A stretch of DNA of 64,000 nt from NCBI GenBank assembly GCA_963835065.1, contig CAWIEK010000053.1, positions 384,001-448,000 on the forward strand. Direction: 5' to 3'. The notes below the pieces were generated by a model that was given only the letters and a program-made list of their open reading frames with translations, was not told where the DNA came from and did no database searches. Shown here piece after piece: positions 10,501-19,231 of the stretch. Position 1 is the first letter of the stretch. Every line of letters begins with the position of its first letter. Made by a program: the position numbers and the translations under genes. The stretch is from an uncultured Chthonomonadaceae bacterium. Its GTDB lineage: Bacteria > Armatimonadota > Chthonomonadetes > Chthonomonadales > Chthonomonadaceae.

Positions 10501-10852
10501 GGGCGCTGTTACGGGCGTTTCGACCGTCGCATCCGGCATTTCGACAATTACGAACCCTCTGGTCGCCGCTTCCAACAACGCGAGTTCCAACCTCAGTTCG
10601 CTCGGCGCGCGCGTGGATGTGCCGGTATCAAGCCGCTACGTGCTGTTCGTGGACTGGCTGCACTCCGACGCAAGTGGCTATCTGGGCAACACGGAAAGCA
10701 ACCTGCGTTTCGGCACGGACATCTATCTCAATCAGGTGCTGAAATTCTCGCTCGGCTGGCAGACCATCAACCGCCTCAACAAAGACAGCGCCTTGTCCAG
10801 CTACAACTACCATTCCAGCAGCCTGCTCGCCGAGTTCGGCCTCCACTTCTAA
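7592..10852 (+). CDS. large exported, probably outer-membrane beta-barrel protein with Thr/Gly low-complexity inserts
   Basis: Signal peptide (AHA-E), alternating aromatic beta strands, C-terminal Phe (AEFGLHF), LAPGKDYTLDSNTGQLQF motif. Confidence 0.7.
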   Translation: MLKSYQRRAFLALAVVALEPIAVPGAHAEEPRAAEPLTLWETLNHVERKSDKKTDDPDEPTLVPLGTVPGFSLPSLDRVGSNSPSLGKKKQYRGMFGPMSRLWDTVLTATGSKIDVKGDATLSLRQDNVSGGAQATQTYQDQNYYGQGSNGIYTNTSLHVDSTLFKYFHYSSTISNSPYRSPGENRVKLDYNTKQTRFQAGDINAGFSGNSLIDFNRYLSGVQFENQWSKQLKTSMLFSRTKAETKTLTVAGNDSAGPYYLFSGQIVDGSAHVRVDNRDLAPGKDYTLDSNTGQLQFLNGNVVLHSQTIAITYETLGYNQSQGTIYGFRTQFAPRASTNIGLTYVTQQTRALSAISQRTQQFYGVENAGGQYTMDSAIDSTKPLNVTVNGVPLVQGTPASGDYWLDSVFPQTLHIRNPIPSTQQVIVKYVPLDTSPTPGNRSVMGVDGHMGLGRWGGVTLETALSGLDLTGKSYTGKAAQLRFDLNPLRNLSTHITVRDVGATYSSIQSPGFNRNEKSLDIAGEYSPSSRLHFNYGWQNAKRPSYTYATGAVTGSQYNITSNGEDTYRQYSLGASYDLTRNTKLSLTRNTLGTDYIVGGFSKSTSDTLDFNWNLRQFSVNAGLSRNISDTNAPNGYYGLTTGTTGLATTATTGAYNTQSSTITQRVGLNWDPLKWLHLNSSLSDNQIHNTGTGYTGALQHTNATDRQISARITPGRGLSFTYSYDLSDTGTANTLGGLTTIAGTGTTVATGGTTTTTGTTGATGTTTGTTGTTTGVTGTGIAGTRSVIFRPWVSPITRDSTTGNTTTGFGTTTAGSTVLTPVGSLSGGGINYNLGAAGNYSGLLGNSSNSIGVTSLGGRSGTNRIGMDYAISRALHLSMGYDASTSIGDYQYNSNRNNGTLGLNYNPSDRWAFNMNVNAQKVAYTGSLGGTNSSSMQFGFTGRPFGNKISTTINWQSVRTKSDLNLSSLTGAVTGVSTVASGISTITNPLVAASNNASSNLSSLGARVDVPVSSRYVLFVDWLHSDASGYLGNTESNLRFGTDIYLNQVLKFSLGWQTINRLNKDSALSSYNYHSSSLLAEFGLHF

Positions 10853-11029
10853 ACAAAACGGCGCATCTCTTTCGGCGCTTACATCCTATTCCGGCAACAG
10901 ATACAGGCCGCTTGCTTCAAAATTTTGAACAAGCGGCCTATATTGTTTCTTCATTTTTTCTTCATGGTAGCGTTGCCTCAGATATACTATTTGTACAGGT
11001 GGGCAATTTGCAGAAAGGATTCATTCACG

Positions 11030-11479
11030 ATGGACGAACAAGAACGTGGGCCGGAACGCACGCATTATGCGAATACAGATTTGGAACTGACTGCTGATTG
11101 CGAACCGCTGGCATTGAAGGCGGCTTTCGATCAGCATGATTTCTGCGATTTATGGGAACTGACTTCGGAAGATAGTCCCTGGGAAGGCTGCTTCGAGACG
11201 GGCGAATCGTATTACGAGCCGGACGGCAATATCGCGGGCTTTCTGGCTGCTATTGAGTCGTTGGAGGGGGAAGCGCTGAGGGAATGGCAGACATGTACCC
11301 GGCGGGCGTTCGACATCGGCTACCATGTGGGATACGAGCCGTTCGATTTCTCCCAAGCCTTATCCGCCGAAACCATCCGCAGAATAGCAAACGTCGGCGC
11401 GTCCCTCCGCATAACAATCTATGCCCCTGACAAACCGAACAGCCCAATACCCGTTTCCGCTGATGCTCCGCGCGATTAA
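11030..11479 (+). CDS. hypothetical protein
   Basis: Acidic 149-aa ORF starting MDEQERG, candidate RBS upstream. Confidence 0.6.
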   Translation: MDEQERGPERTHYANTDLELTADCEPLALKAAFDQHDFCDLWELTSEDSPWEGCFETGESYYEPDGNIAGFLAAIESLEGEALREWQTCTRRAFDIGYHVGYEPFDFSQALSAETIRRIANVGASLRITIYAPDKPNSPIPVSADAPRD

Positions 11480-11601
11480 GTTTGTTGTCAGGCTGCATTA
11501 TCGTTGTGTCTCGCGATCAGGTGGAGGAAGGCAGCAAGTTTCGGTGTATAATGAAGTGGAGAGCAAGTAGGTTGCGCTTTGCTTTTGAAAAGGATGAAGA
11601 T

Positions 11602-11877
11602 ATGAACGTTTCGCAGGCGAGATACAGCAATGAGGAAATCGGACGTATCGGGGAAGACATTTATCACCGCGATATTCGTCCCCAGGTTATGCCGCAGCAC
11701 AAGGGCGAGTTTCTGGTTCTGGATATCGAAACCGGCGATTATGAAATGGGCACTGACGACTTGCAAATCGTGAAGCGCCTCCGCGCCCGTCGTCCTGACG
11801 GCGTTCTTTATGGTTTGCGAATTGGCTATACTTCCGCTTATTCGCTGGCGGGAAGACTGGTGGAAGATCGCCCATGA
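11602..11877 (+). CDS. small hypothetical protein typically paired with clan AA aspartic proteases
   Basis: EEIGRIGEDIY...HKGEFLVLDIETGDYE...YGLRIGY; ATGA overlap with the protease gene. Confidence 0.7.
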   Translation: MNVSQARYSNEEIGRIGEDIYHRDIRPQVMPQHKGEFLVLDIETGDYEMGTDDLQIVKRLRARRPDGVLYGLRIGYTSAYSLAGRLVEDRP

Positions 11878-12243
11878 TGACCGGGATTGTCAACGTCTTT
11901 CTGGAAGCCACTCTTTCCCTGCAAATATATGGCCCGGTCAATAGCATCACCAAAAATAACCGTGATAGACACTGGTTACAATGGGGCGCTTACCCTGCCC
12001 CTCGCAGTTATCACGGCACTTGCTCTTATTCCGTTAGTGTCACGCGCAGTAACATTAGGTGACACAAGCCAACGGATTCTGGATTTCTACGAGGCGGAAG
12101 TGGTATGGGATGGTCAACGGCAGAGTATTCAGGTTCTCTGCGTGGAAGGTGATCCTCTAATCGGCACCGCATTGCTCAACGGCTACAAAATGGAAACCGA
12201 TTTTGTTGTCGGCGGGCAAGTACGCATCAGTTCCGTTCCGTAA
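11874..12243 (+). pseudogene. clan AA aspartic protease (AF_0612-like), frameshifted at ~11955
   Basis: MMTGIVNVFLEATLSL in one frame; VIDTGYNGALTLP...PLIGTALL (DTG active site) in the next; break near CACCAAAAATAACC. Confidence 0.8.
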
Positions 12244-13918
12244 TCCAGCCGATTTTTTGATAAATAGCGTTGTCAGAAACCAACGAAAACCGCTATACTA
12301 TGGGAGGGAATGGAAACCTGTGCTTCCGTTCGCTCCCTATTTGTCGTCAAGCCGTTGTTCAAGGAGGTTTCGCGCCATCAACGCACCACGCTTTTTCCGC
12401 TTCGCCCATCGCCGCGCTGTCCGCCCCGGAGTTGGTTCCTTCCATTTCCTGCCGCTTTCGCGCCTGTTGCTGCCTGCCTGCGGCTTGCTGCTGCCCCTGT
12501 CTCTCGCGCAAGGCCAGCATGTCACGCCGCGCCATAAGGCCACGCTAACGGCAGAAAAGGAGAAAAGGAGAAAAGGAGAAAAGGAGAGGGCGGCAGAAAC
12601 CGCGCAAACCACGCGGGATGAAGAAGCGGATGAGGGAACCATTGCGGGACAGGGAACTCAGGACAACGCGCCCGGCCAGATTCCGACACAGGGGCAGGAA
12701 CTCCCACGCCCCGGCGACAGCCCTAACACCCCTGCGATTAAGGCTGTCAGCGCCATACTGATAGATGCGGTATCGGGGCAGGTGCTGTATGAAAAGAACG
12801 CCGACCAGCCGCGCCCGATGGCAAGCACGACCAAAATCATGACCGCGCTGCTGCTGTGTGAGCATGTGCCGGACGAAAATACGCTTATCAAGGCCAGCAA
12901 ACTCGCCAGCATGACGCGGGAAAGCTCGCTGCACCTGAAAATGGGCGAGAAGATTTCCGCGCATGACCTGCTCCGCGCGATTCTTATGCGCTCGGCCAAT
13001 GACGCCTGCGTTGCGGCTGCGGAACACGTCGGCGGCAGCGTGTCCGGTTTTGCCGATCTGATGAACGCGCGCGCGCAACAATTGGGCTGCACCCACACGC
13101 ACTTCGTCAACCCACACGGCCTGCAAAACAAGCTGCATTACACCAGCGCCCGCGACCTTGCCCTGATTGCGCGGCAGGCCATTCAGCAGCCGCGCATCAG
13201 CGAAGTGACACAGTTGCGCAAATGCCGCATCGCGCGCTCAATGGATAAGTTCGACGTGACCATGCGCAACCACAGCCACAAGTTTCTGGAAAAGTATCCG
13301 GGCGCGGATGGCATCAAGACCGGATGGACCGTTCCCGCCGGGCATTGCTTTGTCGGGTCGGCTACGCGCGGCGGCTGGAGGCTGATCGCCGTTGTTCTGA
13401 AAAGCCCGGATTTCGTGCAGGAAACGTCCGCGCTGATGAACTACGGCTTCAGCCACTTCGAGCGGCGCGGCTTGACCACCGCCGGGTACAAAGTTGGCGC
13501 GTGTCCCGTCCAGAACGGCGTCATGCCGAGCGTACCCACCGCGACCAAACAGGCGATGCAGGTAATCGTTCCGAGAACGCCGCTTACCCCTCCCACCGCC
13601 ATTCAAACCCGCATGGTAACGCGCCCGCAAATGGCTCCGGTGCGGGCCGGCGCGGAAGTGGGCATGATTGAGGAACAACTGAACGGCGTGACCGTATGTA
13701 CCACGCCCCTCATCGCAACGGCAAGCGTTCCGGCAGCCGCCGCGCCCGCCCTGCTGATCAAAAGTAAACGTTCCAGCAAATCCCTGCTATTACTGACTTC
13801 CATTTTTGTCGCTGTCGTGGTATCCTTAAAGTATGGAAAAGGATTTACCACGACTACAAAAAACGCTCGCCGCCGCTGGCGTCGCCTCAAGAAGAGCATG
13901 CGAGGCTCTTATCGCTGA
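12203..13918 (+). CDS. D-alanyl-D-alanine carboxypeptidase (peptidase S11); true start uncertain
   Basis: MASTTKIMT (SxxK), RSANDA (SxN), GIKTGWT (KTG), C-terminal TM helix. Confidence 0.9.
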   Translation: MLSAGKYASVPFRNPADFLINSVVRNQRKPLYYGREWKPVLPFAPYLSSSRCSRRFRAINAPRFFRFAHRRAVRPGVGSFHFLPLSRLLLPACGLLLPLSLAQGQHVTPRHKATLTAEKEKRRKGEKERAAETAQTTRDEEADEGTIAGQGTQDNAPGQIPTQGQELPRPGDSPNTPAIKAVSAILIDAVSGQVLYEKNADQPRPMASTTKIMTALLLCEHVPDENTLIKASKLASMTRESSLHLKMGEKISAHDLLRAILMRSANDACVAAAEHVGGSVSGFADLMNARAQQLGCTHTHFVNPHGLQNKLHYTSARDLALIARQAIQQPRISEVTQLRKCRIARSMDKFDVTMRNHSHKFLEKYPGADGIKTGWTVPAGHCFVGSATRGGWRLIAVVLKSPDFVQETSALMNYGFSHFERRGLTTAGYKVGACPVQNGVMPSVPTATKQAMQVIVPRTPLTPPTAIQTRMVTRPQMAPVRAGAEVGMIEEQLNGVTVCTTPLIATASVPAAAAPALLIKSKRSSKSLLLLTSIFVAVVVSLKYGKGFTTTTKNARRRWRRLKKSMRGSYR

Positions 13919-15410
13919 AGGCCGCGTCACCGTCAACGGCAAGGTTGTGCGCGAAATGGGCGCCAAACCCAACCCGGATAAAGACGACATCCGCGTGGAC
14001 GGGCAGCCAATCCGCAAGCAGGAAACGCGCAAACCGCTTTATATTATGCTCAACAAGCCCATCGGCTATACCAGCACGGTCAGCGATCCCCACGCGGAGC
14101 GCACCGTGCTGGAACTGCTGCTTCAGATCGAAGAACGCATTTATCCCGTCGGACGCCTGGATGTGGACAGCGAAGGCATGCTCCTGTTGACCAACGACGG
14201 CGAGTTCGCCAACCGTCTGACTCACCCGCGCTACCATGTTCCCAAACTGTACCGCGTTCGGGCGCGCGGCTTTGTGGGACGGGAAGCGGCGACCCGGCTT
14301 GCGGAAGGCGTCGACTTGGAAGACGGCAAGACCGCGCCCGCTGAAGTGCGCTTTATCGAGTACGACACGGCCTCCCAATCTACGATCATTGAAGTCACGC
14401 TGTACGAAGGCCGCAACCGGCAGGTACGCCGCATGTTCGATCAGGTCGGGCATCCCGTGCGGCAACTGACGCGCATCGGTTTCGGAACCCTGCGCCTGCA
14501 AGCCCTGAACCCCGGCACATGGCGCAAACTCCGCCCCGAAGAAGTGGACGCCCTGCTCGCCCTCGCGCTGCCCACCGCCACGCCGCCCAAATCCGCCCGC
14601 CGTCCCAAGTCGTCTGCTCCCTACCGCCCGCGTAATGCCGGGAGAGAAGAAGGGGAGAGGGGGAGAAGAGGAGAGGGGGAGACAGAGGCAGGGAACAGGG
14701 AACAGGGAACAGGGAACAGGAAAGAAGAGCCGGTCAACGCTCCCATTGCTGCGCCTGCCGCGAGATTTACGTCTGCCACCAAACCGGGGTACGATGAACA
14801 GCCTGCTTTTGGCGCGCGGCCTGCTTTCGCAAATAAAAACGCGCCCGTTTCGCGTCCTGTGCCTGCCGACATTCCGGCGTCTTCGGACAGACCGGAGTAC
14901 GGTACTCGCCCCGCTCCAAGCGGTAAACCCAAGTATGGAGCCAAGCCTGCCTATGGCGGCAGGCCGGATGCAGCCAACCAACCTGCGCATAATGGCAGAC
15001 CGGCAACAGGCGGCAAACCTGCCTATGGCGCTAAACATGAAAACACGCCTGCGGCCAATCCTGCGTTTGCGGTTGGAAATCCGCGCTACGCCAATCCATT
15101 GAACAACCCGCTGCTCAAAGCAAGGCCCGCCAAGTTCAAACCGTCGCGCCCTGCGCCCAACGCGGAACAAACGCCTGCCGCAAGCAGCAACCAACAGCCT
15201 AAATTTGCCGGTCCAAAACCAAAGCCCGAGAAGCGGCAATCGGCAATCGGCAATCGGCCATCAGCAACCGAAAATCGAAAATCGAAAATCGAAAATCCCA
15301 AAGGGGCTGTTGATTTCTCCTCCAACAGCGCAGCGGGACGCAAAGCGGGGCTACCCTTTCAGCCCCGGCCCAAGCAGGGACACCGCGCGTTCGGGAGGGC
15401 CAAGCCATGA
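13833..15410 (+). CDS. rluB: rRNA pseudouridine synthase RluB family with long low-complexity C-terminal extension
   Basis: S4 domain RLQKTLAAAGVASRRACE, LNKPIGY, PVGRLDVDSEGMLLLTNDG, EGRNRQVRRM. Confidence 0.9.
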   Translation: MEKDLPRLQKTLAAAGVASRRACEALIAEGRVTVNGKVVREMGAKPNPDKDDIRVDGQPIRKQETRKPLYIMLNKPIGYTSTVSDPHAERTVLELLLQIEERIYPVGRLDVDSEGMLLLTNDGEFANRLTHPRYHVPKLYRVRARGFVGREAATRLAEGVDLEDGKTAPAEVRFIEYDTASQSTIIEVTLYEGRNRQVRRMFDQVGHPVRQLTRIGFGTLRLQALNPGTWRKLRPEEVDALLALALPTATPPKSARRPKSSAPYRPRNAGREEGERGRRGEGETEAGNREQGTGNRKEEPVNAPIAAPAARFTSATKPGYDEQPAFGARPAFANKNAPVSRPVPADIPASSDRPEYGTRPAPSGKPKYGAKPAYGGRPDAANQPAHNGRPATGGKPAYGAKHENTPAANPAFAVGNPRYANPLNNPLLKARPAKFKPSRPAPNAEQTPAASSNQQPKFAGPKPKPEKRQSAIGNRPSATENRKSKIENPKGAVDFSSNSAAGRKAGLPFQPRPKQGHRAFGRAKP

Positions 15411-16390
15411 AACGCCGTCCCTCCCACGCGCCCAATCTGCTGCTTGTCGCCTGTGTTATTTTGATCGCCTGGACGCTGCTGCGCCCGTCCAAACACGCGC
15501 CGGTTCCCGCGACAATTTCCCCGGCGAACACGGCACAACCCGGAGTGTCTGCCTTTACGGCTGCGAATGTGCCCATTTATCCGCGCATAATCATAGATGG
15601 CCGGGGCAAATCGGTTACGGTCAAAGCTATGCCCATCCATATCGTTTCGCTTGCGCCGAGCGTGACAGAAATTCTATATGCGCTGAAACTGGGAGACAGA
15701 TTGGCGGCGGATACGCCTTCGTGCGACTATCCGCCCGAAGCCACCAAAAAGCCGCATGTTGATCCGCTGAACGGCGACCGGGAAAAGATTGAAGTTTACA
15801 ATCCCGATTTGATTCTGGCCGTTGATAAAATTGACAGCCCGAAACTGATTGCCGCGCTGGAAAGCGACGGGTTTCCGGTTGTCGTGATGAAGGCCGAAAC
15901 ACTGCAGGAAACGTATGACGGCATCAAACTTATCGCGCAGGCGACAGGGCAGGATCATGCGGGGATGCAGATGGCGAAGGACATGCAGGCGCATATCGCA
16001 GACGTAGAAAAAACCGTCAGCGCGGCTCCCGACAAACCGGGCGTTCTGCTGATGTACGGCGATAACCCGATTTACACGACGGGCGCGAACAGCTACATTA
16101 CCGACGTTATCCGTAGCGCGGGCGGAACCAACATTGTCACCGAACCCCTGCCCTCCGAAATCATCGCGCCCGAAAAAGTGGTGGAGCGGCAGCCGGACGT
16201 GATTATCTGTTCCCCGATGCTGATTCCGAAAGTGAAGCAGTTGCCGGGCTGGAACGTGGTTCCCGCGGTGGCGCAGAATCGGTTCTTTCAAACGGGAGGG
16301 GAAAGCGCCCTTGTGCGTCCCGGCCCGCGACTGGCGCAGGCGGTGGAAAACCTCGCCCGCTACCTGCATCCCGCTTTGTTTCCGAAATGA
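15407..16390 (+). CDS. ABC transporter substrate-binding protein (BtuF/iron-siderophore family)
   Basis: IVSLAPSVTEILYAL, CDYPPEA, RPGPRLAQAVE. Confidence 0.85.
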   Translation: MKRRPSHAPNLLLVACVILIAWTLLRPSKHAPVPATISPANTAQPGVSAFTAANVPIYPRIIIDGRGKSVTVKAMPIHIVSLAPSVTEILYALKLGDRLAADTPSCDYPPEATKKPHVDPLNGDREKIEVYNPDLILAVDKIDSPKLIAALESDGFPVVVMKAETLQETYDGIKLIAQATGQDHAGMQMAKDMQAHIADVEKTVSAAPDKPGVLLMYGDNPIYTTGANSYITDVIRSAGGTNIVTEPLPSEIIAPEKVVERQPDVIICSPMLIPKVKQLPGWNVVPAVAQNRFFQTGGESALVRPGPRLAQAVENLARYLHPALFPK

Positions 16391-17508
16391 CGGCAACCGT
16401 GACGACTTCCCCTGCCCCCCACTCGGACGCGACGGTTGCACATCTGCCGCGCATGGACGAACGGCAGCCCAAACGCGCGCTGCTGATTTTACTTGGGATG
16501 CTGTTGCTGATGCTCATTGTTGACATCGGCGCGGCTCCCAAAGAAGTGGCCTTGCGAACGCCCGCGCCGGTTGTTATCGGCGTCATCGCGCAGCACATAC
16601 CGCTTATCGGCAAACATATCCACCTGCCGCCGAGCGTCCGGGATGTTGACCACAGCATCGCGTGGAGCATCCGCCTGCCCCGCGCATTGTGCGGCGTCGG
16701 AGTCGGGATGCTGCTGGCACTGGCGGGAGTGGCGTTCCAATCCCTGCTGATGAACCCGCTTGCCGACCCTTATACAACGGGCGTCGCATCCGGTTCCGCA
16801 TTGGGAACCATTGTGCTGACGCTGGCGGGCGGCGCGGCGTGGCTGGGCGGCTTTGGGCTTGTCGGCGCGTCGTTTGCGTCGGGGCTGCTGGCGGTCAGTA
16901 TCGTGTACATGCTGGCGCGGGTGGGCGGGCGCGTGTCGGCGCAGACGTTTTTGCTGTCGGGAACCATTGTCGGCTCGTTTTTCTTCGCGCTCATTCCACT
17001 CTTGTTGTCACGGGCAAGCAATGGCGGCGCCGATGCCAAAGCCATAATTTTGAACAGTCTGTTCGGCAGTCTGGGTACAGTCGGCTGGCCGCAAGCGTGG
17101 CTGCTGCTCCCGTTTTGCGCATCGGGCGTCTGGCTGCTGTGGCGTGGCGCGGCAGAACTGGATATTATGGCATTTGGCGAGGAAAGCGCGGCGCACCTGG
17201 GCGTGGATACCGAAGCGTTCAAGCGGCGTATCATCGTACTCGGCTCCCTGTTGACGGCGGCGGCAGTGGCGGTGGCGGGCATCATCGCGTTCGTCGGGTT
17301 TCTCGTGCCGCATCTCGCTCGCCGGTTGGTGGGCGCGGGGCATCGTGACCTGGTTCTAGCCTCAGCCCTGCTCGGCGGTATCGTGCTGACACTGACGGAT
17401 TACCTGTCCCGCGTGTGGCTCGACGACCTGCAAATCGGCGTCGTCACCTCGCTGCTCGGCGTCCCGTTCTTCTGCGCCCTGCTGCGCCGCCGAATGGTCA
17501 AAGGCTAA
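16387..17508 (+). CDS. FecCD/BtuC family ABC permease
   Basis: IRLPRAL, QSLLMNPLADPYTTGVASGS, FGEESAAHLGVD, IAFVGFLVPHLARRL. Confidence 0.9.
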   Translation: MTATVTTSPAPHSDATVAHLPRMDERQPKRALLILLGMLLLMLIVDIGAAPKEVALRTPAPVVIGVIAQHIPLIGKHIHLPPSVRDVDHSIAWSIRLPRALCGVGVGMLLALAGVAFQSLLMNPLADPYTTGVASGSALGTIVLTLAGGAAWLGGFGLVGASFASGLLAVSIVYMLARVGGRVSAQTFLLSGTIVGSFFFALIPLLLSRASNGGADAKAIILNSLFGSLGTVGWPQAWLLLPFCASGVWLLWRGAAELDIMAFGEESAAHLGVDTEAFKRRIIVLGSLLTAAAVAVAGIIAFVGFLVPHLARRLVGAGHRDLVLASALLGGIVLTLTDYLSRVWLDDLQIGVVTSLLGVPFFCALLRRRMVKG

Positions 17509-17519
17509 ATAATTATCTC

Positions 17520-17680
17520 ACCACAGAGGCACAGAGACACAGAGGATTCACAGAGGAAAAGAGAGAAAAGGAGAAAAGGAGAAGAGGAGAGGGAACTGCG
17601 AAGTATACGAAGGATCATAATTTTCTTTCTCCTTTCTCTTTTCTCTCTGTGACCCCTCTGTGTCTCTGTGCCTCTGTGGT
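17520..17680. repeat. inverted repeat element (26-bp perfect arms) with inner GGAGAAAA arrays
   Basis: ACCACAGAGGCACAGAGACACAGAGG (17520-17545) and its reverse complement (17655-17680). Confidence 0.9.
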
Positions 17681-17702
17681 TCAAATTTCATTTAGGAGGC
17701 GC

Positions 17703-18227
17703 GTGACGCAATATCAGCAGGCGGTTTCCAATCAGGTGTCGTTTACGATCTCGGAACAGGAGTACCAGAAATCTATGTGGTTGCACATGAAGCAAAAGAA
17801 CTGGCGCGTGGCAGCCATTCTCTTGACCGCGTTGGTCGGCTTCTTTGCGATTGTAGATGGCGTTGCTACGGCCTTGCCGATGGGCATATTCTTTGCGCTG
17901 TATCTGCTGTTCTTGATGTGGGTGGTACGGCGCAACATCAGCAAAATCTACCGCAGCATGCCGCAACTGCACGGCGAACAGACCATTCAGTTCAATGAGG
18001 AGGGGCTTGTCTGGCACAACGCTTACGCGCTTTCCAAAGTGAAGTGGCAGTTGTTCCAAAAGTTCGACAGCGACGAAGACCTGTACCTGCTGTATCAGGC
18101 GCCACATCTGTTCAACATGATTCCGCGCAGCGCGTTTCACAGCGAAGAGCAGGAAGAAGCGTTTCGGATGCTGCTGGAAATCAATGTCAGGCCCGCCACA
18201 AAGCGCCGTCCGAAACGCGCCCGGTAA
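17703..18227 (+). CDS. YcxB-like membrane protein
   Basis: RBS AGGAGG plus GTG; two TM helices then FNEEGL...KW..F...DLYLLY...MIPRSAF. Confidence 0.75.
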   Translation: MTQYQQAVSNQVSFTISEQEYQKSMWLHMKQKNWRVAAILLTALVGFFAIVDGVATALPMGIFFALYLLFLMWVVRRNISKIYRSMPQLHGEQTIQFNEEGLVWHNAYALSKVKWQLFQKFDSDEDLYLLYQAPHLFNMIPRSAFHSEEQEEAFRMLLEINVRPATKRRPKRAR

Positions 18228-18235
18228 TTCCAATT

Positions 18236-18808
18236 ATGTCCCGACCACCTTCCCGCCCCGGCCAAAAACGGCCTGTTCCGGCCAAACCCAAACGCCCCGC
18301 GCCCTCCCTGCCGCGCGTGGGCGTAACGTCTGTTGATCCGCAAACGGAGCAGGCCGTCAATCGCCTGTTTATGCGCCTGATACGCCGCGTCGCGCTCACT
18401 TGCGGCATCATGCTGGCGACAGGTTGGCTCGTTACATGGGCGGCGAAATCCTCCCACGCCGTCAGCGTTCCCATCATCTACTATGCCATTCTGCTTGGCG
18501 TCGCCATCGTGTATTATCGCGGCGTGGAGCAGGTGTTTGCGGATGTGCGCCAACTTGGGATTGAGAAGCTGAAGCAGCGACGGTACGCGGATGCCGTGTT
18601 CGCGCTGGAAAACTTTCATCGCCTGGGCAACATGAACCGTGACCGTACGGGCGAAGCGCACTACTATCTGATGCAGGCATATCGGAGCATGGGACAGACG
18701 GAGAAAGCAACCGAAGTGCGCGACTGGCTGCAAAAGCATCGCGCCAAATCGGAATGGGCCACGCGCTCTGCGCAGGAAACCCCGGCCGCTTCTATTACAC
18801 AAGGATAA
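18236..18808 (+). CDS. hypothetical membrane protein with C-terminal TPR-like helices
   Basis: Two TM segments, then GEAHYYLMQAYRSMGQTEKA. Confidence 0.65.
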   Translation: MSRPPSRPGQKRPVPAKPKRPAPSLPRVGVTSVDPQTEQAVNRLFMRLIRRVALTCGIMLATGWLVTWAAKSSHAVSVPIIYYAILLGVAIVYYRGVEQVFADVRQLGIEKLKQRRYADAVFALENFHRLGNMNRDRTGEAHYYLMQAYRSMGQTEKATEVRDWLQKHRAKSEWATRSAQETPAASITQG

Positions 18809-19024
18809 GTCATTCAGTTAAGGGGCCGTAAATCTATAACTGTCCGAACCAGCGGGAAGCCCAGCTCTTGCCTACGAGAAGTCCTGCAAACCCATCGGAA
18901 CAGCGGCAAGCAGGAAAAGGTTAGCCGCGAATACACGCGAATGAACGCAAATATCGGAAAACACGAAACAGCGAATGGAAGACGATCTTGTGTTCGCTGT
19001 TCGTTTTGCAGAGCGAACGCTTCT

Positions 19025-19190
19025 AAAAAGGAAATATGTAGAGAGATCGTCGAAATCTTGGCAATACAGCGCTTCCAGCCCGATGTCTCGTTGTGTCAGA
19101 TTGTAGGAGTGAGGCATCGTGACCTCGGAAGCGTCAGGGCGAACGGGAGGAGTGGAACATGGGCCTGTACCTCCTTTGCTGAATAGTAGA
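19025..19190 (-). ncRNA. candidate structured small RNA with mini-ORF (MFHSSRSP*, 19134-19160), copy 1
   Basis: Near-identical core shared with 50762-50921; SD AAAGGAGGT 8 nt before ATG; predicted rod-like fold; ECF-like promoter upstream. Confidence 0.6.
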
Positions 19191-19202
19191 CACTTGTACT
19201 AT

Positions 19203-19231
19203 TTAGACAGGAGGAATGGGGCAAAAGGTTC
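19203..19231 (-). promoter_or_regulatory. putative ECF-sigma promoter for copy 1
   Basis: Minus strand GAACCT-N17-GTCTAA with an A-rich upstream tract homologous to copy 2. Confidence 0.55.

Noticed and set aside
18872..19117. 81-aa ORF MPHSYNLTQ... and its counterpart 50621-50818 as ordinary proteins
   Set aside because: The start codon is not conserved (ATG vs ACG), there is a 2-nt indel, the core lacks synonymous variation, and the C-termini are unrelated.
19120..19140. Hammerhead ribozyme core in the two-copy element
   Set aside because: The sequence is CUGACGC, not CUGANGA, and there is no suitably placed GAAA.
19168..19180. 16S rRNA 3'-end fragment (ACCTCCTTT)
   Set aside because: No other rRNA similarity; better explained as a minus-strand SD with a correctly spaced ATG.
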